This document shows, piece by piece, positions 10,475-21,920 of a stretch of 64,000 nucleotides of DNA. The notes beneath the pieces are model-generated. The model was not told where the DNA came from and searched no databases. It worked only from the letters and a program-made list of their open reading frames with translations. Each line of letters opens with the position of its first letter. Position 1 is the first letter of the stretch. The stretch comes from an uncultured Gemmatimonadales bacterium (GTDB lineage Bacteria > Gemmatimonadota > Gemmatimonadetes > Gemmatimonadales > GWC2-71-9), in NCBI GenBank assembly GCA_963798915.1, contig CAWCVB010000007.1, positions 64,001 through 128,000 on the forward strand, in the 5' to 3' direction. The translations under genes were made by a program, and so were the position numbers.

Positions 10475-10660
10475 TCACTTCGGCGCGAGTTCGGCGTACC
10501 AGTAGGCTGCCGTGAGGCCACCGTCCATGATGAAGTCGCTGCCGGTAAGGAAAGCGCCCTCCTGGCCCATCAGCAGCGCGCCAACCGTTCCAATCTCATC
10601 CGGCGTGCCGGCACGCCCGACCGCGGAGACTGCGATCATGCGCCGGTACCCTGCTTGCGG
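10475..10660 (-). pseudogene. short-chain dehydrogenase C-terminal fragment
   Basis: GRAGTPDEIG...FLTGSDFIMDGG without N-terminal Rossmann fold. Confidence 0.7.
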
Positions 10661-10917
10661 CCTCACGTAGCCAAGCTCTATTGCGAGGCGCCGCGCCGGG
10701 GTTAAATGCACGAGTAGCGATCGCGCCGTTCCCATGGACGAGTTGACACCGATGGTTGCCGATGCGGGGACGTTCGATGAATGGCAGCGCGTTCGTGAGC
10801 CACTCGACCGCCTCGCGGACGTTGGGGTAGCAGAGGACGGGTACGACCGCGCTACTCGGTGCTGCTCAGTTCTTCTTCAGTATGGGCTCGGCCAACAATC
10901 CATGCCTCCCTGTTCGC

Positions 10918-11020
10918 CTTGTAGCTCTGAATCTGTGTACTGCGGTAGCGTCTGGATAGGGTGGTAACCCGATCCGCCTGGGGGCTTCGGGCCCGTTCGT
11001 TCGGCTGGGTGCGACCCGTC
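10918..11020 (+). ncRNA. IS110 left end with partial bridge RNA (target loop only)
   Basis: cgc-CT-TGTAGCTC... homologous to 46828-47014; same GGGTGGTAACCC stem and internal loop. Confidence 0.75.
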
Positions 11021-11054
11021 GCCGGACCACTTCTGCCACGGGACCGTAGCACAG

Positions 11055-11921
11055 CTACGGCTCTGCGTCGAGAAAATCGTTCACCATTGGAACGATGATG
11101 GGCATGCGCTGCATCAAGGTCACGTGAGTGGTGTTGGGCAAGATGGCCAATCGCGATGCGGAGCGCGGCTTCATGTCGCCGTGGATCTCGCCACCCTTCA
11201 GGCGAAACATCTCCGCGACGTGCGCGAGCCGCACGCCGTCAGCGTCGCCGTGGATGAAGAACATGGGCGTCGTGGTGGCCTTGAGCTTGTCGGCTCCGAA
11301 GTCGTACTCTTTCGAGGCCGTGGCGACGACTCGCCGGACGAAGGTCGGAAAGTTGTCCGGAGTCGGACTCAGCTTCTTGTACTCGGCCTCAATGGGCGAG
11401 CCTTTGAAAGCGTCCGCCGTGAGTTGGAGGATAGCTTCGCGCGCTTCCGGGATCATGCCGTCTCGGCGGAACGTGGACGAAATGATGACTGCCCTTCGCA
11501 CCTTCTCGGGATGGCGGATCGCACACTGCATCGCCACGGCGCCGCCCATGCTGTAGCCGATAAGGTCCGCGCGCGGGATCTTGAGATAGTCGAGCAGCGC
11601 GGCCACGTCGTCGGCGAGGTTTTCGTAGGTGATATCGCGTGGGATATCCGCCGTGCGGCCGTGGCCTTGCAGTTCAACGGCAATGACTTGCCGAGTCTTG
11701 GCGAGCTCGCTGATCCACCCGTCCCAGTTGTTGGTGATGGTCATGAAGGCGCCGTGAAGCAACACCACCGGGTCGCCGCCGCCGTGGATTTCGTAGTACA
11801 TGTTGAGTCCATTGACTGGCGCGTAGCCCGTCGTTGGCTTCTGCTGCGCCGCCGTGTCAGTGGCCACCAGCGTCATCAGGAGGAAAGTGGTTGTCCACAT
11901 GCTGGTGTAATTCCGTTTCAT
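11055..11921 (-). CDS. alpha/beta hydrolase
   Basis: VLLHGAF, GYSMGG, IHGDAD, TTHVT. Confidence 0.88.
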   Translation of the reverse strand: MKRNYTSMWTTTFLLMTLVATDTAAQQKPTTGYAPVNGLNMYYEIHGGGDPVVLLHGAFMTITNNWDGWISELAKTRQVIAVELQGHGRTADIPRDITYENLADDVAALLDYLKIPRADLIGYSMGGAVAMQCAIRHPEKVRRAVIISSTFRRDGMIPEAREAILQLTADAFKGSPIEAEYKKLSPTPDNFPTFVRRVVATASKEYDFGADKLKATTTPMFFIHGDADGVRLAHVAEMFRLKGGEIHGDMKPRSASRLAILPNTTHVTLMQRMPIIVPMVNDFLDAEP

Positions 11922-12010
11922 CTGAACACTCCTTGCGAACTCACCCACTACGGGAATCGTTGGTCCCCCTCCCGGAGCCAGCGATGTACGCGCACACGGG
12001 ATTGGCTGCG

Positions 12011-12521
12011 TCATGGTGTCTCTGTGCTTGATCCCAGGCTGACGAGAAGCTCGTCGAGTTGGTCGAGCGTCTCGGGCAACGCGCCCATCGATCCAGATTC
12101 AAGCGCTTCCTTCGAGGGATAGAGATCGTGCACGACCAACAACGTCTTGCCGGCGTTTTCCTCGAAGGTCACCGTGGTGATGGTCTTGCCGTCGTCTCCT
12201 TCCTCATTGGTCCAAACCAGGCGTGAGGGCGGTGTCACTTCGAGGTAGGTGCCGAAGAACTCCATCGTCGAATCTTCGTGGCGAAACGCCAGACGATACT
12301 GCCCCCCAACGCGAACATCCATTTCGCAGGAAAGCAGGGTCAGCCCGTACGACTTTGGGACCCACCACCTCCTGAAGAGGTCCGCCTTGGTCCACGCCTC
12401 GAACACGAGGCGGGCAGGACCGTTTACGGTTCGCGTGACGACGAGTTCGCGTTCGGACTTCCGTTCCACCGTCGTAGGGTTCTTCGTGGGGGTGGCGTCA
12501 CTTTGCTCTTCTTTCGTCCAT
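12011..12521 (-). CDS. SRPBCC family protein (probable frameshift near start)
   Basis: [24 protein letters not shown] at 12521 runs out of frame after 7 codons. Confidence 0.75.
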
Positions 12522-12864
12522 CGACTCCCTCCTTCCGTGTGCATTCCTCGACCACGTTGTCCAACTCGTCGAAGCGTGCGCTCCAGAGCTGGCGGTACCT
12601 CTCGATCCATGCCGCCTCTTCTTCCAGTCCGCGGAGGCCGAGCCTGCAGGTCCGTACGCGCCCGACCTTCTCCGTGGTGACGAGCCCCGCTTGCTCCAGG
12701 ACCCCTACATGTTTCTTCATGCCCGTGAGGGTCATGTCGAACCTCTCGGCAAGGGCCGTAATCGAGGCGTCCGCATGCCCGAGTTGCTCCAGAACGCCAC
12801 GTCGGGTGGCGTCCGAGAGCGCGCCGAACGAGGCGTCGAAGTGATTTTGGCGATACTGAACCAT
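12424..12864 (-). CDS. ArsR/SmtB family transcriptional regulator
   Basis: FGALSDATRRGVLEQL...MKKHVGVLEQAGLV..EKVGRVR. Confidence 0.88.
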   Translation of the reverse strand: MVQYRQNHFDASFGALSDATRRGVLEQLGHADASITALAERFDMTLTGMKKHVGVLEQAGLVTTEKVGRVRTCRLGLRGLEEEAAWIERYRQLWSARFDELDNVVEECTRKEGVDGRKKSKVTPPPRRTLRRWNGSPNANSSSREP

Positions 12865-12876
12865 GTGGTTCAGTAT
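12853..12876. promoter_or_regulatory. ArsR operator palindrome overlapping the start codon
   Basis: Perfect inverted repeat ATACTGAACCA-TG-TGGTTCAGTAT. Confidence 0.75.
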
Positions 12877-12911
12877 ACAGCATGGCGTGACGGCATGCAA
12901 TGGGGGGCTGA

Positions 12912-13608
<697 letters not shown>

Positions 13609-13612
<4 letters not shown>

Positions 13613-13648
13613 AACGACAGGCAGATCAGCTGCATTTGCGTGTTAGAC
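13609..13648 (-). repeat. internally deleted attC site
   Basis: CTAACGACAGGCAGATCAGCTGC|ATTTGCGTGTTAGAC, equivalent to the attC at 52978 with its centre removed. Confidence 0.7.
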
Positions 13649-14090
13649 AGCTCGCTCGCGCTCCGACCGCCACTCGATGTATCGACCTGCCAAGGAAATC
13701 AGAAGTGTGCTCAAGGCGACCAAGTCGAGCAGCAGCACCCAAAGCGTGTCCAGGCCAACGATGGGGCCCATATGCATGCCCACGACCGCGAGCACCAGCG
13801 TCCACGGCACCAGGACGAGCAGCGCGACGAGCGCCCCGATGGGCCGCCACCACGAGCGACGCTCTGACCACGGTCGCAGCGCCACATAGATCACCACAAG
13901 CGCCGCTGCGCTCAGGCCCAAATGCCAAGGCAGGTCTCTTGGCCCGTTGTGGTGATAGCTAGGGAGCCCTATGGGGCGCGGAACAAAGGGATCTCGTCCC
14001 CACGCATCCCACAGTCCCCATACGACAAGGAGCCACAGCAGCAGAAGCCCGTACTTGCGCAAGAAGACGGCACCTGCACTGACTTCGCGC
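13643..14090 (-). CDS. hypothetical membrane protein (cassette)
   Basis: Four hydrophobic segments; stop codon inside GTCTAAC; start uncertain. Confidence 0.65.
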
Positions 14091-14127
14091 TCCTCACCAC
14101 TGCGCACGGATGCCCTCCTCGCGAGCT

Positions 14128-14235
14128 GTCTAACGATCAGAGCGTAAGCTGCAAGCCACGCGCCCGGCACGCACCGGAGGAGCGGGGCGGACTCCTGGCG
14201 CGCGCAGTCTTGGCAGCTTCACGCCCAAGCCAGGC
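14128..14235 (-). repeat. degenerate attC site
   Basis: GTCTAAC..GCGTAAGCTGC ... GCAGCTTCACGC. Confidence 0.6.
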
Positions 14236-14508
14236 TGCACAGTTACCGCTGCTGACGACTGAAATACCGGCCTTGCTGAAGCTGCTTCGGCCAGGTATGA
14301 AAGCCAGGAGCGAACAACTCCAAGCGCGTGGCAGCATGTCGCTCGTCCACTCGTCTGAGTTTGTCCACGGCAAGTAGTCACGCGCATCTCGCAGGAAGTC
14401 CAGCCCATGATCGGCATCCAGGTCGGCCGCGCGCAGGTTGAGGTGGTTCTGATACCACGCGTAGGCCTGTCCGAACTGCTGAGGTGGAAGGCTCGCCATG
14501 AAACGCCG

Positions 14509-14564
14509 GTCCAACGTCGCGAGTACTCCTTAGGTCGCTCCTCGGGTTCAGCGGCTCGTTAGCC
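14509..14564 (-). repeat. degenerate attC site
   Basis: GTCCAAC ... GTTAGCC ends, weak internal pairing. Confidence 0.45.
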
Positions 14565-14710
14565 AGCAGGCGCAATGAAGCGAGAATCGGCGTACTCACG
14601 CGAGCACAGATCCGTGCGCGCCAGCACCGAAATGCGTCGCGTCGCGTCCATGCTGCAGCAAGCGTCAATACTCTCGTTGATTGTCCGCGCCAGCCGAGCC
14701 ATTGCCTGCC

Positions 14711-15619
14711 TCAGTTGTCTACGAGGGTAACCTGCAGCCCGCCGAGCGCTTTCCGCGCGATGGAGACGCGTCCCGCTTCTCCCGGCTCGAGAAGACCTCG
14801 ATCGGCGAGAAAGCGCCTAGCGTCCCCAACAGAGCGGACGCCGATCACAATCTCCCGCATGCCGGCCTTCTCCGCCTCGACCAGCCGAATGGCAGGGCCG
14901 TCGCCGAAACTGAACAGGCCGGCCGATTCCTGCGCCGGGCTGGCGATCAGGTTCCGCCACTGCTCGGCAGCTTTCGCCAGGTCGGTCACCCCAAGCACGA
15001 TCTCCTTCACCGCGATTACCCCGAGGGGCCCACCATGTCGTCGGACCAGATCATCATGCGCGACCTTGTGAACCTCGTGGATTCCTTTCCGATCGGGGTA
15101 ATCGCAAATGAAGACGACGCTTGCTGGGCCGAGGCCGGTGAGATCCGTATTGATCCATCCTATGACCTCAGCGCCGGTAGAATCCTTATAGTGGGTCACC
15201 TCTGACGTCGAATGGCTGATCCCCCGGCGATTGAGCTCCGCGACCGCAGCTTCAGTATCGCCAACGGGCTCGAATGCGAGGCTCTTCCACTCCGTTGGAA
15301 GAGTTTCGCCCTTGCCAACCGCCCAGGTCACCAGTTCCAGCACCGTATTCCCGACCGAGAGCCCCCCGCTGGCAAAGTTCCCATAGCTCTTGTAAGGCCA
15401 TGCCACCGCCAGACCCAGCGTGTCGCGGAAGAAATTGAAATGCGATTCCGCCTGGGGAGACGTCGCGAAGAAGTGGTCCACTCTCGCGAGGAGTGGCGTT
15501 CGGGCCGCGGAGGCATCTAAGGAAAGCTTGGCGTCATCCCTGCGCTGAGTTGCGTCCCGTCCGCAGGCCACAACAGCAAGGCTGAACAGCACAGCAGTGA
15601 CCTGCCTGGCCTTCGCCAT
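14711..15619 (-). CDS. VOC/glyoxalase-like lipoprotein
   Basis: AGGAGG RBS, VVAC lipobox-like motif, VDHFF...LGLAVAWP...LEL. Confidence 0.7.
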   Translation of the reverse strand: MAKARQVTAVLFSLAVVACGRDATQRRDDAKLSLDASAARTPLLARVDHFFATSPQAESHFNFFRDTLGLAVAWPYKSYGNFASGGLSVGNTVLELVTWAVGKGETLPTEWKSLAFEPVGDTEAAVAELNRRGISHSTSEVTHYKDSTGAEVIGWINTDLTGLGPASVVFICDYPDRKGIHEVHKVAHDDLVRRHGGPLGVIAVKEIVLGVTDLAKAAEQWRNLIASPAQESAGLFSFGDGPAIRLVEAEKAGMREIVIGVRSVGDARRFLADRGLLEPGEAGRVSIARKALGGLQVTLVDN

Positions 15620-15779
15620 CGTTGCCTCCTTGCGCGACCGGCGAGGGTCGAGCTTGCGCGCATTGAACGACTCGGAGCGCTTTCTGGCGGTATGCATCTG
15701 CGATCGCGAGGGCCCGCTCAGCATACGCGAGGACGCCACTCCCGACGGGGACGCTCGGTGAGCGCGAGGCCGAGTCCGC

Positions 15780-15860
15780 GAAACTGGGTGCTCGGTTACG
15801 CGCGGATCGCGCTCGGAGCCGCATTCCTGTCCGGCATCGCCGACCGCTTCGGTCTGCGCG
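15780..15860 (+). pseudogene. DoxX-like protein N-terminal fragment
   Basis: YARIALGAAFLSGIADRFGL. Confidence 0.45.
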
Positions 15861-15924
15861 TCTATCCGCTGAGCCACTGCCGCCACTGTGAAGCGTCCGC
15901 AACACACCGGAACGGGGGTGGGTA

Positions 15925-17007
15925 TCAGGGCGACCGGCCAGGCGCTCCCAGCACCCCCTCGGCGTCCACGATCTCCACCCCCTGCATCTGCCCCAGCAGG
16001 CTGCCGAACCAGGGCTTGTGCGAGGATCCCACGATGCAGAGCACGCGCGCTCCCGGCAACTTCCGGAATGCGGCCCGGACGTTGGCGACCATTCGGAGGT
16101 TACGGGTCTCCCATCCCCCAACATAGATTCGGCCGTAGCGCTGTGGAGACGGCTCGCCCAAGGCGGCTCCGAAGTCGGCGGCCACGACGACACGCAGGTA
16201 CGCGGGGCTGTTTATATACCGGTAGAGGGCCAGCATGTCGCCCGTCTTCACCAGCTCGTCCTCGTGCTCGACTGCCGACGCCGCCGACGGGTCGGCGGCA
16301 TTCCACGCCTGCTGGATCGCCCGCCCGAAAGCGGCCGCGTCAGGCACGTCGAGATGGTCACCGGTGTGGTCATCGACGGAAAACACGCGCTCGAGCCCCA
16401 GCCGAGCGGCCAGCCGCGCACCCAGGAGGTAGTTCTCGTTCCGGCGCGAGGCGAGGCTGTCGAGCAGGGCCGCCAGGGTGCCATCGAGGCCGTCGCCGCC
16501 ATGACGCTCGGTCGGGGGCAGCCGGAGCCACTGCACCAGGGCGGAGGGCGAATCGCCGGCGCTCAGGAACAGAGACGCCAGGTGTCGGCGCAAGCCCGGG
16601 CCAGGGAGTGCCGGCCACGCCTCCAGGGTTGCGTCCACCCGGGCCAAGGCCTCGGGAACATCCAGGCCAGTGGATGCACTGGCCGCCATGGTGCTCCAGC
16701 AATACCGGTTCATGGTGCTGGCATAGGCGGCGTGGCGGAGCGCCATGAACGCGCATTGCTCGCCGGAAAGGCGCTCGATAGTGATGATGTCGGGTTTGAA
16801 CGCCGCCAGGCGGTCGAGCACGGGCTCCAGAGACTCGGGGAGCCCCGCATCCTGCACGGTGGACAGATGCGTTGTTCCAAGCACCAGGATCTGCGCCGGT
16901 GGCCCGGCCAGCTTCCGGTCCAAGTTGGAGAGATCGATCTGCGCCCGCGCCAGGCCGGGTGAGGCAAGTGTCAGGATCAGGGCCCAGATCGTGAGCCGCG
17001 TAGTCAT
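15925..17007 (-). CDS. DUF5694-like secreted protein
   Basis: Signal peptide; ILVLGTTHL...WETRNLRM...IVGSSHKPW. Confidence 0.75.
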   Translation of the reverse strand: MTTRLTIWALILTLASPGLARAQIDLSNLDRKLAGPPAQILVLGTTHLSTVQDAGLPESLEPVLDRLAAFKPDIITIERLSGEQCAFMALRHAAYASTMNRYCWSTMAASASTGLDVPEALARVDATLEAWPALPGPGLRRHLASLFLSAGDSPSALVQWLRLPPTERHGGDGLDGTLAALLDSLASRRNENYLLGARLAARLGLERVFSVDDHTGDHLDVPDAAAFGRAIQQAWNAADPSAASAVEHEDELVKTGDMLALYRYINSPAYLRVVVAADFGAALGEPSPQRYGRIYVGGWETRNLRMVANVRAAFRKLPGARVLCIVGSSHKPWFGSLLGQMQGVEIVDAEGVLGAPGRSP

Positions 17008-17382
17008 GAATCCACTCCGGGCGACTATCCTGGGTGTCAGAGCCCGATTGTCACATTTGTTCGACGTTAGCCGAATGTCAACTCGCCGGCCATACCGGAG
17101 TCTTCGAGTTTCTCGATCGCTCGCGCGCTCAGATCTCACCACCCCGCAACGCTCGTCCCGTCCATGCGTCTGGCAGGCGGAGGTCACGCCTGCCTTCGAG
17201 CCGGATGCGGTGCCAGAGCGAGTCCGCAAGGCAGCGGCCAGATACATGAGTTCGCGGTCGTAGTCGCGGTCGCTCGGATCCCATCCCTTGTGTGCCGTGG
17301 TTGCGTAGCGCTGGAGAAAGTGGCCGAGCTCCTGCTGGAGCTTTTTCCCGCGATTGCTCATCGATCCTCGATCGCAAGGGCC

Positions 17383-17442
17383 GTCTAACGCCCAGCATCA
17401 GCGGCGCCGCGAAGCGCCGTCCGCTGCATGCTGTTGTTCGGC
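17383..17442 (-). repeat. attC site
   Basis: GTCTAAC-GCCCAGCATCAGCGG...CCGCTGCATGCTGTT-GTTCGGC imperfect palindrome. Confidence 0.85.
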
Positions 17443-17483
17443 AGCACCGCGCTTGCATCTCAGCACGAACAGTTGCTTCCGGC

Positions 17484-17864
17484 TCAAGAGCCCGCGTCCT
17501 TGGCCTTAAAAGGAACGACCTCGACCGTCCCCTCCGGAAACTCGACAGTGAAGTTCAGAAGCTCGCCGTCGACCGCCTCGATATACTGCGCGAGCGTGCT
17601 CATCAGCAGGTCGCCACGTTTTTCGATCTGTGAGATTGCTGACTGCGTACGCCCAAGCCGGGCCGCCATCTCCTCCTGCGAAATCTGGCGCGCTTCGCGC
17701 AGCTCTCGTAAGCGCGGGCCGGTGATGAGGTCCTGTCGGCTTTCAGCGGATTGCTCGCGCCACCCTGGATCGACCTTATCTCGAAAATCGCCCAGCAGTT
17801 TCTTGCCCTGGCTGATCGCATCTTTTTCGATGGGCGTCAGTCTGTCCCACAATTTCTTGGCCAT
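17484..17864 (-). CDS. XRE-family HTH protein (HigA-like orphan antitoxin or regulator)
   Basis: LRELREARQISQEEMAARLGRTQSAISQIEKRGD. Confidence 0.8.
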   Translation of the reverse strand: MAKKLWDRLTPIEKDAISQGKKLLGDFRDKVDPGWREQSAESRQDLITGPRLRELREARQISQEEMAARLGRTQSAISQIEKRGDLLMSTLAQYIEAVDGELLNFTVEFPEGTVEVVPFKAKDAGS

Positions 17865-18034
17865 GATTGCTCCTCGGTGTTTGTTCGGCTATCTCTCCGG
17901 AGGTTCGACATAATCGGCCACTCAGAGGCCGCCCAGAACAGAACATAAGGTCTGAGTGATATAATGTCAAGCTTATACAGAATGAATCGCCCAAGGGGCT
18001 TCTGGGCTCGTCGGCAGCAAGCGCCTGTTTGGCA

Positions 18035-18365
18035 CTAACCGTCGCGCAGTCGAGCAGTAGCGTCGAGTCCGCGCCAACCGTGATGAGGCGTGTCGGGCGT
18101 TCGTATTCGGCGGGGCCGCGACCGGTGCGGCCGACTTGTTCCACCGCTCCAGACGGAAAATCAGCAACGTACAAAGCTCGCTCTCGCGGATCGATGACGA
18201 GCACCCGACCATCGGGAAGCGCTCGGACCGAGGACACGCGGGTGAACTCATGCGCGGCCGAGTCACGCGGAGGCTCTAGCGCGAGGAGCGGCGATTCGGC
18301 ACCCGCGAGCGAGCTGGCTGCGAGAAGCTCGGCAGTCGGAACAATCGGCGAGAGTACGCGCATCC
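18035..18365 (-). pseudogene. fragment of a secreted beta-propeller-like protein
   Basis: FTRVSSVRALPDGRVLVID...GRTGRGPAEY; truncated. Confidence 0.5.
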
Positions 18366-18679
18366 TTTGATGACCACTGCGCAATCTCGATATTCATGAA
18401 CTTGGGGTCATGGAGAAGGTTTTTCGAGCCTTCAGCTCTTCTGGTTGGAGTGCGGAGTGGCCGGGCGCGCCCGCCCATTCATGGTAGACGCCGAGGTCGA
18501 TATCGAATGCGGCTCCTGTCGCCCAGGGTCGGATCTGCGTGTGACATTTGCGCCGCCGCGGCGCTGGGTTTGCGTTTCACTGGCCCGCCCAATACGTCGG
18601 GGTAACGGGCGGCTGTCGCCGCCATATCGGCGTGCACGCCGGTGAGCGGGCGTGAGGGGAACGCCGCCAGGATGTCGGC

Positions 18680-19250
18680 CGCAGCCGAAGGCAACCTGTT
18701 GCCGCGGCAGTGCGACACCCCGCCAGACAAACTCTTCCCCAACGATGTTCAGCACAAAAAAAGGGAGCCACGCGCTGAGAATTCAGTACCGGCCGGGACC
18801 GAGCGGCTCGAAAGCCATGAAGGAGGGACGAAAATTCTTCCCGTCTTGCAGCATCCGCAGCGCGACGCCGATGCCGCCGGTAAGTGCAACGACGGCCGCC
18901 AGCCCTCCAACAGCCCAGAGCCAGTCGGCGCCATTCATCGGGCGAAGCCACAGCCGCGCACCCAACGAACCTAGCCTTCCTGGACGCCGTTCTCGATACA
19001 ACAGCAGGGCAGCCGTGAGAAGCAGGGGGCCAAAAAGGACGATGCTTGCGGCCAAGAACCACATCACCACCGTCTCAGCCCCGGTGGCGGAGACGAACGC
19101 CGGGACGGCTACCCGCGTAGTCAGGAACAGCAGCAGAGCCCCGGCCCCGAACAGCGCAGCAGAGCCGCCCAGGCCCATCGGAGGAACCCGATCAGGCTCC
19201 GGCCCTTCGCGCCTTTCAAAACCATTGGCTGACAATGGCCATTCTCCCGC
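18680..19250 (-). pseudogene. CPBP (CAAX) intramembrane metalloprotease remnant
   Basis: TM helices plus NIVGEEFVWRG in another frame; truncated. Confidence 0.6.
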
Positions 19251-19350
19251 CCGTACGCCGAACGCTTTGCGCTTGAGCCGTGAGGGCGTGCGGCCTACGC
19301 CCTCGTCGGCTCCAAGCGCGGTTAGGCCGTCTATGCCTGTGCCGGCTGGG

Positions 19351-20003
19351 GCGTACCAGCCATAGTAGCGTGTGGTGACCTGGCCCTTGTCCGGGATGTG
19401 CACCAGCACCCGCGCGAGGAACGCTCTCGGATCGAGCGTCTCGGTGCCCGCCGTCGGCCCCTCGGCCTTGTCCAAGCGATACGTCACCGTCTTCGCCGCG
19501 CGGTCGTAGGTCAGCCGCTCCAGTGCAAGGGGATTCCGCGCACAGTAGCGGGCCAACCGGGTCGCGAACCCGGCGCGCGCCCACCGAGGCCAGCCGCCGG
19601 TGGACCTCGCTCCTGCGGCAGATCTTTGAGGTCGACCCGCTCCGCTGCCCCACCTGTCACGGGACCATGCGGATCGTGGCGGTCATCACCCAGCGGTCGG
19701 TGATCGATCAGATCTTGGCGCACCTCGGCACCCGCACCACTGCCGCGGCACGGAGCCCGCCGTCCACTCGGGCGCCGGCGCCTTGGGGCCCGCCGAGTCG
19801 ACGCACGGCCACGCCGGCGTCCTGACAGACCGTGACCTCGCAGGACCGAATGTCACCGCGGCCCCCGACCCGCCGCGAGGCCAAATGGACCAGCGAAGAC
19901 CCGAGCCAACACCCCAACGGCCCCACCCGCACCGCCGGCAGGCCGGTGACGCGGCGCCCGGAGCTGCGGTACCTTCGGGTGACCAGGATTGAAATTCCTA
20001 TTC
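19351..20003 (+). mobile_element. IS91/ISCR-like remnant 1 (internal inversion) with oriIS
   Basis: 19351-19575 encodes RYCARNPLALERLTYDR...RYYGWYA on minus; 19579 onward LLRQIFEVDPLRCP on plus; ends GATTGAAATTCCTATTC. Confidence 0.8.
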
Positions 20004-20015
20004 GGTCCGAATCGT

Positions 20016-21080
20016 TCACGGCCCTGCCGCCGAACGCTCCAGCGATGGGTCACCCATCTTCCAATCAAAGGGCGGTCCCTTGTTGATGCTGTAGACCATG
20101 AGCCCCACCTCAGACGAGATAACGTCCTGGTCCGTCATCAGCGCCAGTTGCTTCTCGGCCTTATCCACCTGCCCCTGGATCATGGCGCGCTGGGAGGCCG
20201 GCATCGCGGCAATTTGCTGTTTCAGCTTTTCCATATCGGTCCGGGCCTTTGCCATCTCCCGCTGCTGCTTCGGATCGAGTTGCGACCCGCCCATGAGACC
20301 AGTAATCCCCATCAACTGGCTGCGCGGCTCGTACATCGTCCCGACCTCGGCGTAGTTCCACTGATTCAGCTCGATCTTGATGGGCATCGACTGGTCCTTT
20401 TTCTTCATGCTGCCGAACACCCGGAGCTGGAGCTGGACAAATTTCTCGGTGTCAATCCATAGACTGATCTTGTCTACCACAAACTCTGCCTCCCCAACCT
20501 GCCGGGGCGAGAGGTCCGAGAGGCCCTCGGCGACCAGAAGGAACGCGGGCCGTCCCCCGAAGACCGTGTTCGTGCCCACCAGCCTGGCCCGCTGCGCGAA
20601 AGCGGCGACTCCCATTGCCTGGTCGGTCGCATCCTGCCGTCCATCGTTTTCCCGGTAGCTGGCCGCCTGCGCCAGGAACCCCGGAAAGGTGGCCATCGCC
20701 TCATCGATCTTGGCACTCGCCATCCCACTGCCTGGAACGCCGGCGATGGACTGCTTCATCGCGCCGCCGATCATGCCGACCAGCGGACCCATTTGCGCTG
20801 CCGCCGCCTGCAGGTCGATGTCATTGGCGGCGTTTCGGGAGTCCCGCTTGGCCCACTCTGAGATGGGAACCAACCGGTAGAGCGGGACGCCGCCGCTACC
20901 CGGGAAGCCCTCGTAGTAGAGCGGTGCCTCTGCTCCACCGTTCACCTTGATGATGATGGTGTAGTTGCGGACGGTGGCCATCCGGTCCATCTGCTTTGCG
21001 GCGGCGGTCGCAAGTATTTCCTGGGCGGTTTGCTGCGGTGCCGCCGCAACGATGGCGGCGAGAGCAATAGTGGCGAGCAT
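20016..21080 (-). CDS. secreted hypothetical protein
   Basis: GGAAGG RBS, signal peptide MLATIALAAIVAAA, coiled-coil-like C-terminus. Confidence 0.75.
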   Translation of the reverse strand: MLATIALAAIVAAAPQQTAQEILATAAAKQMDRMATVRNYTIIIKVNGGAEAPLYYEGFPGSGGVPLYRLVPISEWAKRDSRNAANDIDLQAAAAQMGPLVGMIGGAMKQSIAGVPGSGMASAKIDEAMATFPGFLAQAASYRENDGRQDATDQAMGVAAFAQRARLVGTNTVFGGRPAFLLVAEGLSDLSPRQVGEAEFVVDKISLWIDTEKFVQLQLRVFGSMKKKDQSMPIKIELNQWNYAEVGTMYEPRSQLMGITGLMGGSQLDPKQQREMAKARTDMEKLKQQIAAMPASQRAMIQGQVDKAEKQLALMTDQDVISSEVGLMVYSINKGPPFDWKMGDPSLERSAAGP

Positions 21081-21130
21081 GGAGCCTTCCTCCGACGGGG
21101 CAGGGTGATGACGCAACTCGGATCTGGCCT

Positions 21131-21161
21131 CCTGAACGCATTCGAGACCCGAAGCCCGCCA
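21131..21161 (-). promoter_or_regulatory. putative ECF sigma promoter
   Basis: TGGCGGG-N15-GCGTTCAGG. Confidence 0.7.
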
Positions 21162-21180
21162 CGGCGCCCGGCATCGGAGA

Positions 21181-21211
21181 TGGCGGGATTGGGGCCGGTC
21201 ATGCGTTCAGG
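21181..21211 (+). promoter_or_regulatory. putative ECF sigma promoter
   Basis: TGGCGGG-N15-GCGTTCAGG. Confidence 0.7.
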
Positions 21212-21238
21212 GAGGCATCCCCTCACCACGGAGTCGAC

Positions 21239-21865
21239 ATGCCCTCCAGGTACACACGCAAGGTGCTCCTCGCAGCCTCGCTCCTGATGGCCCTACCGGC
21301 AGTGGTCGGCGCCCAATCAGGGCCCGCCGCCCTCCAGGTCTGGCTGGACGGCCGCACCGCCCGGATGGCGCCGAAAGGAGTCACTGCCTCGATTGGACAG
21401 GTACTCAATCAGAAGACAGTGATCAAGGCGAAGCTGGACGGGACGCTCAGCGCCGTGCTGTTCATGGCGCTGGTGAAGAATGGAAAGGTCGTCTGGCAAT
21501 CGGAGTCGAAGCCGTTCAATATCCCGGCGTCATCCGCAGGGTCCTCAGGGGGTGCGTTACTTGGACATTTACTGCCCGGAGATCAGTTCCTGCCCGGTGA
21601 TCAATTCCTGCCAGGGGATCAGTTCCTCCCAGGGGATCAGTTCAGCGCGATCCAGGATCACTCGGGCTCCTACTACTCTTCAGCCGCCAAGCAGGTCCCC
21701 GCATCCTCCTTCGCCACGGACGCCGGCAAGATGATCATCGACGGGGTCTTTCCTGACGTGCCACCCTCGATCAAGAGCGGGCGCGTGCTGCTGGTGGCCG
21801 TCGTCCCTGCCTCGACGCACGAGCGGAATGGCGCCTACGCTCTTCCGATGTTCATCGGGCTGTAG
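21239..21865 (+). CDS. secreted hypothetical protein with (LPGDQF)x4 repeat
   Basis: Signal peptide; tandem hexapeptide at ~21572-21643. Confidence 0.75.
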   Translation: MPSRYTRKVLLAASLLMALPAVVGAQSGPAALQVWLDGRTARMAPKGVTASIGQVLNQKTVIKAKLDGTLSAVLFMALVKNGKVVWQSESKPFNIPASSAGSSGGALLGHLLPGDQFLPGDQFLPGDQFLPGDQFSAIQDHSGSYYSSAAKQVPASSFATDAGKMIIDGVFPDVPPSIKSGRVLLVAVVPASTHERNGAYALPMFIGL

Positions 21866-21920
21866 TCACCCGGAGGGGACGGCTCCACGCGGCCGGAGCC
21901 GTCCCAGACCCAGGCCTCGC

